A DNA stretch of 64,000 bases, taken from assembly GCA_963829525.1 (NCBI GenBank), contig CAWHIJ010000003.1:672001-736000 (forward strand). The letters are read 5' to 3'. Below the pieces are notes generated by a model. The model did no database searches, was not told where the DNA came from, and saw nothing but the letters and a program-made list of their open reading frames with translations. The first letter of the stretch is position 1, and every line of letters starts with the position of its first letter. The position numbers and the translations under genes were made by a program. Below, in pieces: positions 33,902 to 43,146 of the stretch. The DNA is from an uncultured Actinomycetota bacterium (GTDB taxonomy: Bacteria > Actinomycetota > Actinomycetes > JAHEKZ01).

Positions 33902-36037
33902 GTGCCCAGCCCAACGACGATCACCTCGGACGTCCAACTCCCTGCGAGTGGCATGCGTCCAACGCATCGCCGAAGTGATATCCAGGGACTCCGGGCGATC
34001 GCGGTCGGTCTGGTCGTCGCCTACCACGGGGGGCTGCCGATACCCGGCGGATTCATCGGGGTCGACGTCTTCTTCGTGATCTCCGGGTACGTCATTGTCG
34101 GGCTCCTGTACCGCGAAGTCGAACGGTCCGGGCACATTGATCTTCTGCGCTTCATGACTAGGCGGGCCAGGCGGATTCTGCCGGCGCTCGCACTGGTCAC
34201 TGCCGTGACTTGCGTTGCGGCCTGGTTCTGGCTGAGTCCCTTCGGCCCACAGCAGGTGACTGCTGGGACAGCGGCCGGGGCGATGCTCTTTTACGCGAAC
34301 TGGTACATCCGGGTCCGTAGTGGGAACTACTTCGATGAGGCAGCAGACGTAAATCCGCTACTGCACACATGGTCTCTGTCCGTTGAGGAGCAGTTCTACT
34401 TCGTCTTTCCATCACTGATGGCCGTGGTGTGGCTTGCTGCCGTACGGCGCCGAGTCGCTCCCCGACCTGCGTTGGTCACCATGATGGTGTTGGTGGGTTG
34501 CGCCTCCCTGGCCGCCGCTCTTTGGATGACCAGCAGAGGGGGTGGTCAGTCCGTCGCCTGGGCGTTCTATGGCTCGCCTTTCCGGGCCTGGGAGTTTGCA
34601 GTCGGTGCGCTCGTCGCCGTCGGCGTCCGACAGCGGTCGAGGTTGCCTGGGATTGCGCTCACCGCGTTGGCGGGGCTCGGCGTTGCCGCCATTGCGGCCA
34701 GCGCCTTTCTGATCGATAGCTCTACCCGCTTCCCTGGGCCTTGGACACTCGTTCCTGTGCTGGGAACCGCCGTAGTCATCTACGCCGGGACGGGCACCTC
34801 TACGGGTCCGTTGCGTGGTCTGTCGTCAAGACCAATGGTGTGGTTGGGAGACCTTTCATACTCTTGGTACCTGTGGCACTGGCCGGTGATCGTCTTTGCG
34901 TCCCTTTGGTTGCGCGACCAACCTGTATGGGTTGCGACTGCAGCTGCGCTGTCGCTTGTGCCAGCCTGGCTTTCATTTCGGCTGGCGGAGGAGCCGATTC
35001 GTCACAGTGGATGGACGGGTCGGACAGTAGTGGTGCTTGCCGCAATCTGCATCGGTGTGCCTGTTGCTGGCGCTGCCCTCTTGACGCACCACGCAAATGG
35101 CGCCGTGGAGCAAATGAATGAGGTCGTCAAGTCACAACCGGCGCGAAAGTTCGGTTTCGTCGCGAAGAACCCACAGCCAGATGATCTCTTTCAGGCTGCT
35201 GCCCTCGCACAGCGAGGGCAATGGGCAGTCTTCAAAGAGCCCTGCCTTTCAGGTGCCGGCAACGTGTTGGGCGATTGCAAGTTCTTTGAGGCGCCAGGTC
35301 GCCCACGAGCTGTTCTCGTTGGTGACTCGCACGCAGGCGCCTATGCGGCAGGGTTCGCGGCGGCTGCTCGTGAACTGGGGTACTCCGTAGAGATCATCTC
35401 CAACGGAGGATGCCAAGTGCTCGATGTTCCCCTTCTACGTGACGGTGAGTACGACCGTGGGTGCGCTGAACGCGTGAAGGAGACCTGGAACTACCTTCGG
35501 GAGGATCCTCCAGACCTGCTCGCCATGGCGCATCGTTCACCGCGGGTGGTATCGCCGGAGATCTTGCTGGCTGATGAGCTTCGGCCGGGCTACACGACGA
35601 CTTGCATCACCGGATCGACCCACGAAGGGTGTCTGCCGCACGACGAGGCAGTCCGGGCCTGGGCCTCAGCTCTTGGTGACGCAGCAAAGAGTCTGCAGTC
35701 ACTTGGTGTTCCACTGGTCGTGCTTCAAACAGCTCCCGAGCACAGCGCGGGCCTTCCGGAGTGCGTTTCCGGGACGACGGTCGATATGGAATGCACTGAG
35801 ACTGACCGCGACCTCACGTGGGATCGCCGGGTAGACGTCATCGAAGCCGAGAAGCAGGTCGGCGCAGATTTGGGCTTCACTGTGTATGACCCCTTTGAAC
35901 ACTTCTGCGACGCTGAGACCTGCTATCAGTACATCGACGATCGTTTCTACTACCGTAACGACGACCACATGAACGCCGACGGCAGTGAGGCGCTCACCGG
36001 CGAGATAAAGACGGCCTTGGAAGAGGCGGTTTCGTAG
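33902..36037 (+). CDS. Membrane O-acyltransferase AT3 fused to an SGNH domain (OafA/OatA-like); start may be 33953
   Basis: DIQGLRAIAV, GVDVFFVISGY, RRARRILPA, HTWSLSVEEQFY, SYSWYLWHWP; C-terminal GDSHA and DDH. Confidence 0.88.
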   Translation: MPSPTTITSDVQLPASGMRPTHRRSDIQGLRAIAVGLVVAYHGGLPIPGGFIGVDVFFVISGYVIVGLLYREVERSGHIDLLRFMTRRARRILPALALVTAVTCVAAWFWLSPFGPQQVTAGTAAGAMLFYANWYIRVRSGNYFDEAADVNPLLHTWSLSVEEQFYFVFPSLMAVVWLAAVRRRVAPRPALVTMMVLVGCASLAAALWMTSRGGGQSVAWAFYGSPFRAWEFAVGALVAVGVRQRSRLPGIALTALAGLGVAAIAASAFLIDSSTRFPGPWTLVPVLGTAVVIYAGTGTSTGPLRGLSSRPMVWLGDLSYSWYLWHWPVIVFASLWLRDQPVWVATAAALSLVPAWLSFRLAEEPIRHSGWTGRTVVVLAAICIGVPVAGAALLTHHANGAVEQMNEVVKSQPARKFGFVAKNPQPDDLFQAAALAQRGQWAVFKEPCLSGAGNVLGDCKFFEAPGRPRAVLVGDSHAGAYAAGFAAAARELGYSVEIISNGGCQVLDVPLLRDGEYDRGCAERVKETWNYLREDPPDLLAMAHRSPRVVSPEILLADELRPGYTTTCITGSTHEGCLPHDEAVRAWASALGDAAKSLQSLGVPLVVLQTAPEHSAGLPECVSGTTVDMECTETDRDLTWDRRVDVIEAEKQVGADLGFTVYDPFEHFCDAETCYQYIDDRFYYRNDDHMNADGSEALTGEIKTALEEAVS

Positions 36038-36062
36038 CGTCAGGCTCGAGTGTGCTTGCGGC

Positions 36063-36557
36063 TCAGCGGTAGTTGACGTACTGCAGCGCGACTTCGAGGT
36101 CCTTGCCGTCGAGCAGCCGCTGGACGGACTGGAGATCATCGCGGCTCTTGCTCGTCACCCGCAGCTCGTCGCCCTGGATCTGAGCCTTGATGCCCTTCGG
36201 GCCTTCGTCACGGATGATCTTGCCGATCTTCTTGGCGTTCTCCTGGCTGATGCCCTGGGAGAGCGTCCCACTGATCCTGTACTCCTTGCCGGAAGCGGCT
36301 GGGTCCCCGGCGTCGAGGTGCTTGAGGGACACCTTCCGCTTGACCAGCTTGTCCTTGAAGACGTCCAGCGCCGCTTTGACCCGCTCCTCGGAGTTGGCCC
36401 GCACCTCGATGCCCATTTCACCCTGCCAGGCGATAGACGCGCCAGTGCCCTTGAAGTCGAAGCGCTGGCTCAGTTCCTTGGCCGTCTGGTTCAAGGCGTT
36501 GTCGATCTCCTGACGGTCGACCTTGCTCACGATGTCGAACGAGGACTCCGAGGCCAT
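36063..36557 (-). CDS. yajQ: YajQ-family nucleotide-binding protein
   Basis: [43 protein letters not shown]. Confidence 0.93.
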   Translation of the reverse strand: MASESSFDIVSKVDRQEIDNALNQTAKELSQRFDFKGTGASIAWQGEMGIEVRANSEERVKAALDVFKDKLVKRKVSLKHLDAGDPAASGKEYRISGTLSQGISQENAKKIGKIIRDEGPKGIKAQIQGDELRVTSKSRDDLQSVQRLLDGKDLEVALQYVNYR

Positions 36558-36656
36558 GGGGTTCCTTCCGGGCTGGTCTGAGGCGCTGAATGGTCGGCAT
36601 ATGCGCGATAGGGGGCTGCGGTATTGTTGTCGTTCGTCGCCCAGCGCGGCAAGCCT

Positions 36657-36738
36657 GGCAGGTTGCCCGAGTGGCCAAAGGGAGCGGACTGTAAATCCGC
36701 CGGCTCAGCCTACGTTGGTTCGAACCCAACACCTGCCA
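36657..36738 (+). tRNA. tRNA-Tyr(GTA)
   Basis: GGCAGGT/ACCTGCC acceptor stem, GCGGA-CTGTAAA-TCCGC anticodon arm, long variable arm, GGTTCGAAC. Confidence 0.95.
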
Positions 36739-37099
36739 CGCCGAGAACCCCCGACCGCGGTCGGGGGTTCTCGCATTCGCCGGCCATTCGCCGGCCATTC
36801 GCCGCGACGATGGATGCCAGGACTGCGAGGCCCACCACAGTTCCGATCAGACGCCAGCGCCCCGTAACCGTCCCCAAAACGGCGCCGGCACTCGCCGCCG
36901 ACATCAGCGACCCCACGCTGGCGGCCGAGAGCGCTGACGCAGCCGAAGCTGCTGAGCCAATCGACAGGACCGACCCCACAGACCCCACAGAGCCGATGCT
37001 CGCTGCCGACCCAATCGAGCCGATCGATAGGACACTGCCCTGAGATGCGATGGAAAGGAACGAGTCGCTGGACGCGAGGGAGAGCCGGGAGTTCGCCAT
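36710..37099 (-). CDS. Ser/Gly/Ala-rich repeat protein with C-terminal hydrophobic segment
   Basis: Repeats SVLSIGS/SAASIGS/SVGSVGS; CACAAT -10-like hexamer 6 nt before the ATG; 3' end uncertain because it overlaps tRNA-Tyr antisense. Confidence 0.55.
   Translation of the reverse strand: MANSRLSLASSDSFLSIASQGSVLSIGSIGSAASIGSVGSVGSVLSIGSAASAASALSAASVGSLMSAASAGAVLGTVTGRWRLIGTVVGLAVLASIVAANGRRMAGECENPRPRSGVLGVAGVGFEPT
36742..36773. terminator. Perfect 32-bp palindrome after tRNA-Tyr
   Basis: CGAGAACCCCCGACCG|CGGTCGGGGGTTCTCG. Confidence 0.7.
36774..36804. repeat. 11-bp tandem repeat, about 2.8 copies
   Basis: CATTCGCCGGC x2 + CATTCGCCG. Confidence 0.8.
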
Positions 37100-37208
37100 A
37101 CGCGAATTGTGGTCCCCAAGCGGGGATCGCGATAGTCGAGCGTGAGGCCGATTTCTCCGGCAGTGTCAGCCCCGTGTAACCTGTCTCCGCTCGGGAAAGC
37201 CGAGTAAG

Positions 37209-37281
37209 GCCCCAATAGCTCAGTCGGTAGAGCGTCTCCATGGTAAGGAGAAGGTCTACGGTTCGATTCCGTATTGGGGCT
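37209..37281 (+). tRNA. tRNA-Thr(GGT)
   Basis: GCCCCAA/TTGGGGC stem, TAGCTCAGTCGGTAGAGC D arm, CTCC-ATGGTAA-GGAG, GGTTCGATTC. Confidence 0.95.
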
Positions 37282-37328
37282 CGGGGCCTGGCCATCGATC
37301 TTCACCGGTCGCGGCGTCAGGTTCGGTC

Positions 37329-37402
37329 GGCGGAGTAGCTCAGGTTGGCAGAGCAAGCGGCTCATAATCGCTGTGTCGCCGGTTCAAATCCGGCCTCCGC
37401 TA
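37329..37402 (+). tRNA. tRNA with CAT anticodon (probably elongator Met)
   Basis: GGCGGAG/CTCCGCT stem, AGCGG-CTCATAA-TCGCT, GGTTCAAATC; paired 1-72 argues against initiator. Confidence 0.9.
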
Positions 37403-37453
37403 CTCAGCAGGTAGGCAGTCCAGAATCACCCGAAAGCAACCCAAGGAGTCCCG

Positions 37454-37618
37454 GTGGCCAAGAGCGACGTTCGGCCGAAGATCACGATGGCCTGCGCGGA
37501 CTGTAAGAACCGCAATTACATCACCAAGAAGAACCGCCGGAACGACCCCGACAGGATCTCGTTGCAGAAGTTCTGTCCCAACTGCGGCAAGCACACTGAG
37601 CACCGCGAGACCCGTTAG
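37454..37618 (+). CDS. rpmG: 50S ribosomal protein L33 (Zn-ribbon form)
   Basis: Not in the ORF track; read by hand: [54 protein letters not shown]; AAGGAG RBS. Confidence 0.95.
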   Translation: MAKSDVRPKITMACADCKNRNYITKKNRRNDPDRISLQKFCPNCGKHTEHRETR

Positions 37619-37695
37619 TCCCGGTCTGGTGACGCGGTGAACCCTCGCGTCCCGCCTCCGGTCACCGGGGGCCAGTTCGGAGGGATGGGCTGAGC

Positions 37696-38142
37696 ATGGC
37701 GATCAATGTCGAACTTGTCGGTAAGCACTATCCGCCGCAGACCTACGAGGTTGGACGCGAGAAGATCCGGGAGTTTGCCTCGGCGGTCGGCGATACCAAC
37801 CCCGCCTATCACGACGTCGATGTCGCAAAGGCGCTCGGCCATGGTGATCTGGTCGCGCCACCTACCTTCGCAGTCGTTGTGACGCGCGGGCCGCAGATTG
37901 CGGTCATCGACGACCCCGAGCTTGGCCTCGACTTCTCCCGGGTCGTGCACGGTGACCAGAAATTCTGGTTCACTCGCCCCATCGTTGCGGGTGAAACACT
38001 GCACACCACTGCATCGGTCCACTCTGCTCGCACGATGGCTGGCAACGACGTCTTGACGATTCGGAGCGATGTGGCAGACCAAGCTGGAGCCCCAGTGGTC
38101 TCAGTCTTCGCCACCCTCGTCGCTCGCGCATTGGAGGGGTGA
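37696..38142 (+). CDS. MaoC/HadA-like hotdog dehydratase subunit
   Basis: YEVGREKIREFA.AVG, APPTF, VHGDQKF...RPIVAG; position after rpmG. Confidence 0.85.
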   Translation: MAINVELVGKHYPPQTYEVGREKIREFASAVGDTNPAYHDVDVAKALGHGDLVAPPTFAVVVTRGPQIAVIDDPELGLDFSRVVHGDQKFWFTRPIVAGETLHTTASVHSARTMAGNDVLTIRSDVADQAGAPVVSVFATLVARALEG

Positions 38143-38145
38143 CCG

Positions 38146-38574
38146 GTGGCAGCAGCTGTTCACGCTGACGACGTTGAAGTCGGTAGCGAGCTTCCACCGC
38201 AGTCCTTCTCGCTGCGGCGCGTTGACCTCGTCAAGTACGCCGGTGCATCGGGCGACTTCAACGTCATCCATTGGAACGAGCGAGTCGCTACCGAGGTCGG
38301 TCTGCCAAACGTCATTGCACACGGAATGCTCACGATGGCCGAGGCGGTGCGAGTGGTCACTGACTGGTGTGGTGATCCCGGAGCGGTCGTTGAGTACAGC
38401 ACCAAGTTCACCAAGCCGGTACCTGTTCCGGACACCGATTCCGGCGCCACCATTGTTGTCGGTGGCAAGGTGATCGAAGTTCTGGACGCCGGGCGAGTCA
38501 AGGTTGAGCTCACCGCCACCTGCGACGGCGTGAAGGTGCTCGGAATGGCGCGCGCTGTTGTGCAGCTCGCCTGA
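38146..38574 (+). CDS. MaoC/HadB-like dehydratase
   Basis: YAGASGDFNVIHW hydratase-2 motif, IAHGMLTM. Confidence 0.88.
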   Translation: MAAAVHADDVEVGSELPPQSFSLRRVDLVKYAGASGDFNVIHWNERVATEVGLPNVIAHGMLTMAEAVRVVTDWCGDPGAVVEYSTKFTKPVPVPDTDSGATIVVGGKVIEVLDAGRVKVELTATCDGVKVLGMARAVVQLA

Positions 38575-39605
38575 TGCTCGAACGCACCGACGTCTCACTC
38601 GGCTCACTGACCACCCTCCGGATCGGTGGTAAGGCGGCACGCCTCTTCGAGGCGTCGACGACCGACGAGTTGGTGGGCGTCGTGCGTGGCGAAGGTCGGC
38701 ACGGTTGCCTCGTCCTCGCTGGAGGGTCGAACCTGGTGGTGTCCGACGAGGGGATCGATGTCCCTGTGGTCGCGGTGCGCACCACCGGTGTTGAAGTCCG
38801 GCGCGCTCCCGACAACGTGCTTATCGACGTGAAGGCTGGAGAGTTATGGGACGACCTCGTCGCACGTTGCGTCGGTGAGGGGTGGTCAGGGATTGAGGCG
38901 CTCTCGGGGATTCCCGGCTCAGTGGGTGCGACGCCGATCCAGAATGTGGGTGCCTACGGCCAAGAGGTTTCTGACGTCGTGGCCGGCGTCGACGTCTTCG
39001 ACCGGCTCACCGATCGAATCCACTCCCTGACAGCTACCGACTGTGCGTTCGGCTACCGCACGAGCGTCTTCAAGAAGGTTCCGGACAGATTTGTTGTGCT
39101 GTCGGTGCGGCTTCGGCTCCGGGCATCGAGTCAAAGCGCCCCTGTTCGATATACCGAGCTGTCCCGACGCCTGGATGTCGAGGTCGGTGAGTCCGCCCCG
39201 CTTGCCGAGGTGCGGGCCGCCGTGCTCGAACTTCGTCGCGCGAAGGGAATGGTGCTCGACGATGCGGACCACGACACCTGGTCGGCCGGCTCGTTCTTCA
39301 CTAACCCGGTGATTGCCCCGGGAGATGTTCCGGCCGACGCTCCGCAGTGGCTGCAGGCGGACGGGCGAGTCAAGACATCCGCCGCGTGGATGATCGATCA
39401 CGCGGGGTTCCCCAAGGGGTACGGCGCCAATGTTGGCACCGGCGCGGCGACTCTCTCGACCAAGCACACTCTGGCCGTCACCAATCGTGGCGGGGCGACG
39501 ACCGAAGACGTCTTGATCCTCGCTCGGACGGTACGTGAAGGCGTTCACGACCGATTCGGGTTGACTCTGCATGCCGAGCCAACCCTGGTCGGCGTCCACC
39601 TCTGA
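38574..39605 (+). CDS. murB: UDP-N-acetylenolpyruvoylglucosamine reductase
   Basis: TTLRIGG.A, GGSNL, GIPGSVGATPIQNVGAYG, FGYRTS.FK, SAGSFF.NP. Confidence 0.95.
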   Translation: MLERTDVSLGSLTTLRIGGKAARLFEASTTDELVGVVRGEGRHGCLVLAGGSNLVVSDEGIDVPVVAVRTTGVEVRRAPDNVLIDVKAGELWDDLVARCVGEGWSGIEALSGIPGSVGATPIQNVGAYGQEVSDVVAGVDVFDRLTDRIHSLTATDCAFGYRTSVFKKVPDRFVVLSVRLRLRASSQSAPVRYTELSRRLDVEVGESAPLAEVRAAVLELRRAKGMVLDDADHDTWSAGSFFTNPVIAPGDVPADAPQWLQADGRVKTSAAWMIDHAGFPKGYGANVGTGAATLSTKHTLAVTNRGGATTEDVLILARTVREGVHDRFGLTLHAEPTLVGVHL

Positions 39606-39633
39606 CCCCGGCTCGCCCATCCCCTTGAACCGA

Positions 39634-40683
39634 TCACTGACGGGGGGTCGAGAGCCAGGAGTCGATACCTTGCAGGATCTGCCGTCGGTGCGACTCGGGG
39701 GCTAGAGATGCGTTCACCGAAGACCGCGCAAGATCAGCCAGGCCGTGGTCGTCGAACGCGTGCGCGTCGCGGGCGGCCTCGTACTGCGCGGTCAGCCGCG
39801 ACCCGAAGAGCAGGGGGTCGTCGGCGCCCAGAGCCACTTCGACGCCAGCTTCCACCAATGTACGGACCGGAACGTCGGCGAGCGTGTCGTAGACCCCGAG
39901 CCCCACGTTCGAAGCCGGGCATATCTCAAGCGCAACTCCATCATCTGCCAGGCGCTTGACGAGGTCGGCGTCCTCGACACTTCGGACGCCGTGACCCACA
40001 CGGGTCGCCTTGAGAACTTCGAGGCAGCCGCGGACGCTTTCGGCTCCAAGAAGCTCACCGCCGTGCGGGACGCTAGCCAGACCGGCGTTTCTGGCGATGC
40101 GAAATGCCTCAGCAAAGTCGTCGACCCTGCCGCGACGCTCGTCGTTGGCGAGACCGAACCCCACAACCCCCTCATCGGCATAGCGCACGGCAAGCCGTGC
40201 GAGCGTGCGGGCGTCCAGTGGATGGCGGGTGCGGTTGGCGCCGACGATCACTCCGATCGCCAGACCGGTCGATCCCGATGCTGCGCGCACCGCGGCCAGC
40301 ATCAGTTCGAAGGTAGCCGTGAGGCCGTCAAATCGGGCGGCGTAGCCGGAGGGATCGACCTGGATCTCCAGCCACTGGGATCCATCGGCAACCTCGTCCT
40401 CGGCCACCTCACGGACGAGTCGGAAGATGTCGTCCGGGTCGCGCAGCACCGACCGGGCCGTGTCGTAGAGCCGCTGGAACCGGAACCAACCGCGTTCGTC
40501 AGTGGCCCGCAGCTCCGGGGGGTCGTCCGACATCAGGGCCTCGGGCAGGTGCACCTGGTGGCGCTCAGCCAGCTCGAGCAACGTGGTGTGCCGCATCGCT
40601 CCGGTGAAGTGGAGGTGCAGGTGGGCCTTGGGGAGGGCTCGCGCGCTTCGGGAGTGTCTGCTGTTCTCGTCCGCACCTGCCAC
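39634..40683 (-). CDS. add: Adenosine deaminase
   Basis: PKAHLHLHFTG, HGGE, RVGHG, EICPASN, ADDP. Confidence 0.9.
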   Translation of the reverse strand: MAGADENSRHSRSARALPKAHLHLHFTGAMRHTTLLELAERHQVHLPEALMSDDPPELRATDERGWFRFQRLYDTARSVLRDPDDIFRLVREVAEDEVADGSQWLEIQVDPSGYAARFDGLTATFELMLAAVRAASGSTGLAIGVIVGANRTRHPLDARTLARLAVRYADEGVVGFGLANDERRGRVDDFAEAFRIARNAGLASVPHGGELLGAESVRGCLEVLKATRVGHGVRSVEDADLVKRLADDGVALEICPASNVGLGVYDTLADVPVRTLVEAGVEVALGADDPLLFGSRLTAQYEAARDAHAFDDHGLADLARSSVNASLAPESHRRQILQGIDSWLSTPRQ

Positions 40684-40745
40684 GTGTCCAGGGTATGCAC
40701 CGCGACCGCCTCTAGGGCCTTTGGTCCCGGGAGTGCCGGGACTAT

Positions 40746-40761
40746 ATACCCTGGGGGGTAT
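40746..40761. promoter_or_regulatory. CsoR/CstR-family operator-like site
   Basis: ATACCC-TGGG-GGGTAT pseudo-palindrome with a G-tract, upstream of the sulfur operon; weaker half-match TTACCGTGGGGTGT near 40774. Confidence 0.6.
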
Positions 40762-40849
40762 CGGACCAGAGTCTTACCGTGGGGTGTGGAAGTCCCCCAC
40801 GGATTCTCAGGGTCCTGGTGGAGAACCCACGAAGACTCGGGAGGGCACG

Positions 40850-42097
40850 ATGAAGCGCCTGCTCGTACTCGGCGGCGGCACCGCCGGAACCATGGTCGTC
40901 AACAAACTCCGCCCCCGGCTTTCCAGGGATGAGTGGCAGATCACCGTTGTCGACCAGCGTGACGTCCACTACTACCAGCCCGGCTATCTCTTCATCCCCT
41001 TCGGCGCCTACACGCCGGACGAGGTGGTCAAACCCACCAAGCGCTTCATCCCGGAGGGCGTCGACCTTCTCCACGGTGAGATCGACCGGGTCGACGCTGA
41101 GGCAGGCCATGTACTGCTCGTGGACGGAACGGTCCTCGAGTACGACCAGCTTGTCATCGCTACCGGTACGACGCCGCGACCAGCCGAGACCCCAGGCATG
41201 GATGAGGGCGAGTGGCGCAAGAGCATCCACGAGTTCTACACCCACGAAGGAGCTACCGCCCTGGGCGAGAAGTTCAAGACGTGGGAGGGCGGACGCCTCG
41301 TGGTGCACATCGTGGACATGCCCATCAAATGCCCAGTCGCTCCGCTCGAGTTCACCTTCCTGGCAGACTCGTTCTTCCGCGAGAACGGCATCCGAGACCA
41401 GGTCGAGATCGTCTACGTGACCCCGCTTCCCGGCGCTTTCACCAAGCCCATCTCGTCCGAGCACCTCGGTGGCATGCTCGCGGAGCGCAAGGTTGAGGTC
41501 GAGTCCGACTTCATGGTCGAGAGCATCGACCCCGAGGCCAAGAAGCTCATCTCGTACGACGAGCGCGAGGTGCCGTTCGACCTGCTCGTCACGATCCCAC
41601 TCAACATGGGCGCCGACTACGTCGCGCGGTCCGGTCTCGGAGACGACCTCAACTACGTCAAGGTGGACAAGCACACCTTCCAGTCGACGCAGTTCGACAA
41701 CGTCTTCGCCATCGGGGACGCCTCGAACATCCCGGCGTCCAAGGCTGGTTCGGTCGCCCACTTCTCGGTCGACGTCTTCACCCACAACTTCTTGCGTCAC
41801 GTCGACGGCCTGCCGATGGACGAGAAGTTCGACGGGCACGCCAACTGCTTCATCGAGTCCGGTGGTGGCAAGGGACTACTCATCGACTTCAACTACGACA
41901 CCGAGCCACTCCCCGGCAAGTACCCGCTGCCTGGGATCGGCCCCTTCAGCCTGCTGAAAGAGACTGAGCTCAACCACTGGGGCAAGTTGATGTTCCGCTG
42001 GATCTACTGGAATGTCCTGCTCCCTGGCAAAGAGCTGCCGCTGCCAGCGCTGATGTCGATGGCCGGCAAGGAAGTTCCCGACGAGGTGGCATCATGA
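40850..42097 (+). CDS. Sulfide:quinone oxidoreductase-like flavoprotein (type III-like)
   Basis: LGGGTAG, YYQPG, IATG, KCPVAPLE (first active-site Cys), FAIGD, KAGSVAH, ANCFIE (second Cys), C-terminal amphipathic KLMFRWIYW. Confidence 0.8.
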   Translation: MKRLLVLGGGTAGTMVVNKLRPRLSRDEWQITVVDQRDVHYYQPGYLFIPFGAYTPDEVVKPTKRFIPEGVDLLHGEIDRVDAEAGHVLLVDGTVLEYDQLVIATGTTPRPAETPGMDEGEWRKSIHEFYTHEGATALGEKFKTWEGGRLVVHIVDMPIKCPVAPLEFTFLADSFFRENGIRDQVEIVYVTPLPGAFTKPISSEHLGGMLAERKVEVESDFMVESIDPEAKKLISYDEREVPFDLLVTIPLNMGADYVARSGLGDDLNYVKVDKHTFQSTQFDNVFAIGDASNIPASKAGSVAHFSVDVFTHNFLRHVDGLPMDEKFDGHANCFIESGGGKGLLIDFNYDTEPLPGKYPLPGIGPFSLLKETELNHWGKLMFRWIYWNVLLPGKELPLPALMSMAGKEVPDEVAS

Positions 42098-42798
42098 CCG
42101 CTCTTGCCACTGAGCGCTCCGTCGACGAGCGACTCGACCTCCTCACCGAACAGGTGGCGCTGATCGCCGAAGAGATGCGCCAGCAACGCCTGCAGAGAGA
42201 GCGTTGGGCAGATCTCGTCTCCGACTCCGCCCCGGTCGTCAGTGGTGCCTTCGACATGGTGAGTCGCGAGCTCGAGTCACTCAGCGACGACGTCACCGTC
42301 GACGACGCCGTGCAGCTGGCGCGCACTGTGGCGCGAGCTGTCCCAACCATGGAAGCGTTGCTGCGTCAGCTGGAGTCGCTCAGTTCTCTCGGTGAAGAGA
42401 TCGTCCCCCTCGCAAGCCCAGCAATGGCCACCCTGACGGCCACGCTTCAAGAGTTCGATGCCAAGGGCTATTTCACTTTTGCCAAGGGCGGGGCAGGCAT
42501 TGTCGACAAGGTCGTGACGTCGTTCACCGAAGACGACATCGACGCGCTGGGTGACAACGTCGTCCTGATCCTGAACACGGTCAAGGAGATGACGCAGCCC
42601 GAAGTCATGACATTGCTGCAGCGGACCGCGCTGACAGCCCAGGACGTTGACGAGGAGTTTGCTGAGGCACCCTCCACGTTCGCTCTGCTCAAGCAGATGC
42701 GAGACCCACAAACCCGCCGGGGCCTTGGTCGTGTGATGACCATGCTCCGCACCATCGGAGCCGAACAGTCGGCGCCGAAGTCCGAAACAGAGAGGTAA
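42094..42798 (+). CDS. DUF1641 domain helical protein
   Basis: C-terminal STFALLKQMRDPQTRRGLGRVMTMLRTIG; ATGA overlap with the SQR gene. Confidence 0.7.
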   Translation: MTALATERSVDERLDLLTEQVALIAEEMRQQRLQRERWADLVSDSAPVVSGAFDMVSRELESLSDDVTVDDAVQLARTVARAVPTMEALLRQLESLSSLGEEIVPLASPAMATLTATLQEFDAKGYFTFAKGGAGIVDKVVTSFTEDDIDALGDNVVLILNTVKEMTQPEVMTLLQRTALTAQDVDEEFAEAPSTFALLKQMRDPQTRRGLGRVMTMLRTIGAEQSAPKSETER

Positions 42799-42802
42799 GA
42801 CC

Positions 42803-43117
42803 ATGCCAGTCACCACGATCAACGGCCGCGAGATCCACGTCGACGACGAAGGCTTCCTCACCGAGTTCGACGAGTGGGACGAAGACCTCGCGAAGGTCCT
42901 CGCCGCCAATATCAACGTCGATCTCACCGATGAGCATTGGACGGCCATCAAGTTCGCCCGTGAGGACTACAAGTCTCAGGGCGAGACCCCGACGATTCGC
43001 CGGATGGCCTCGGTGGGCGGCGTCGACACCAAGAAGATGTTCCAGCTCTTCCCGAAGAAGCCAGCCAAGAAGATGTCCTACATCGCTGGTGTCCCCAAGC
43101 CCCACGGCTGCGTGTGA
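42803..43117 (+). CDS. TusE/DsrC/DsvC-family sulfur relay protein
   Basis: DDEGFL..FDEW, LTDEHW..I.F.R, LFP..PAK...IAGVPKPHGCV with penultimate Cys. Confidence 0.88.
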   Translation: MPVTTINGREIHVDDEGFLTEFDEWDEDLAKVLAANINVDLTDEHWTAIKFAREDYKSQGETPTIRRMASVGGVDTKKMFQLFPKKPAKKMSYIAGVPKPHGCV

Positions 43118-43146
43118 GCGCTGTACCCAGCGAAGGAGAGTCAGTC

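Noticed and set aside
36657-37402. tRNA cluster as an integration site for a mobile element
   Set aside because: No integrase and no duplicated tRNA 3' end visible in the window.
37696-38574. hadAB-like genes as a sign of mycolic acid synthesis
   Set aside because: This pair after rpmG is widespread in non-mycolate actinobacteria, where it serves ordinary FAS-II dehydration.
42803-43117. Evidence for dissimilatory sulfite reduction or reverse Dsr
   Set aside because: Only one C-terminal Cys, and no dsrAB or dsrMKJOP in the window.
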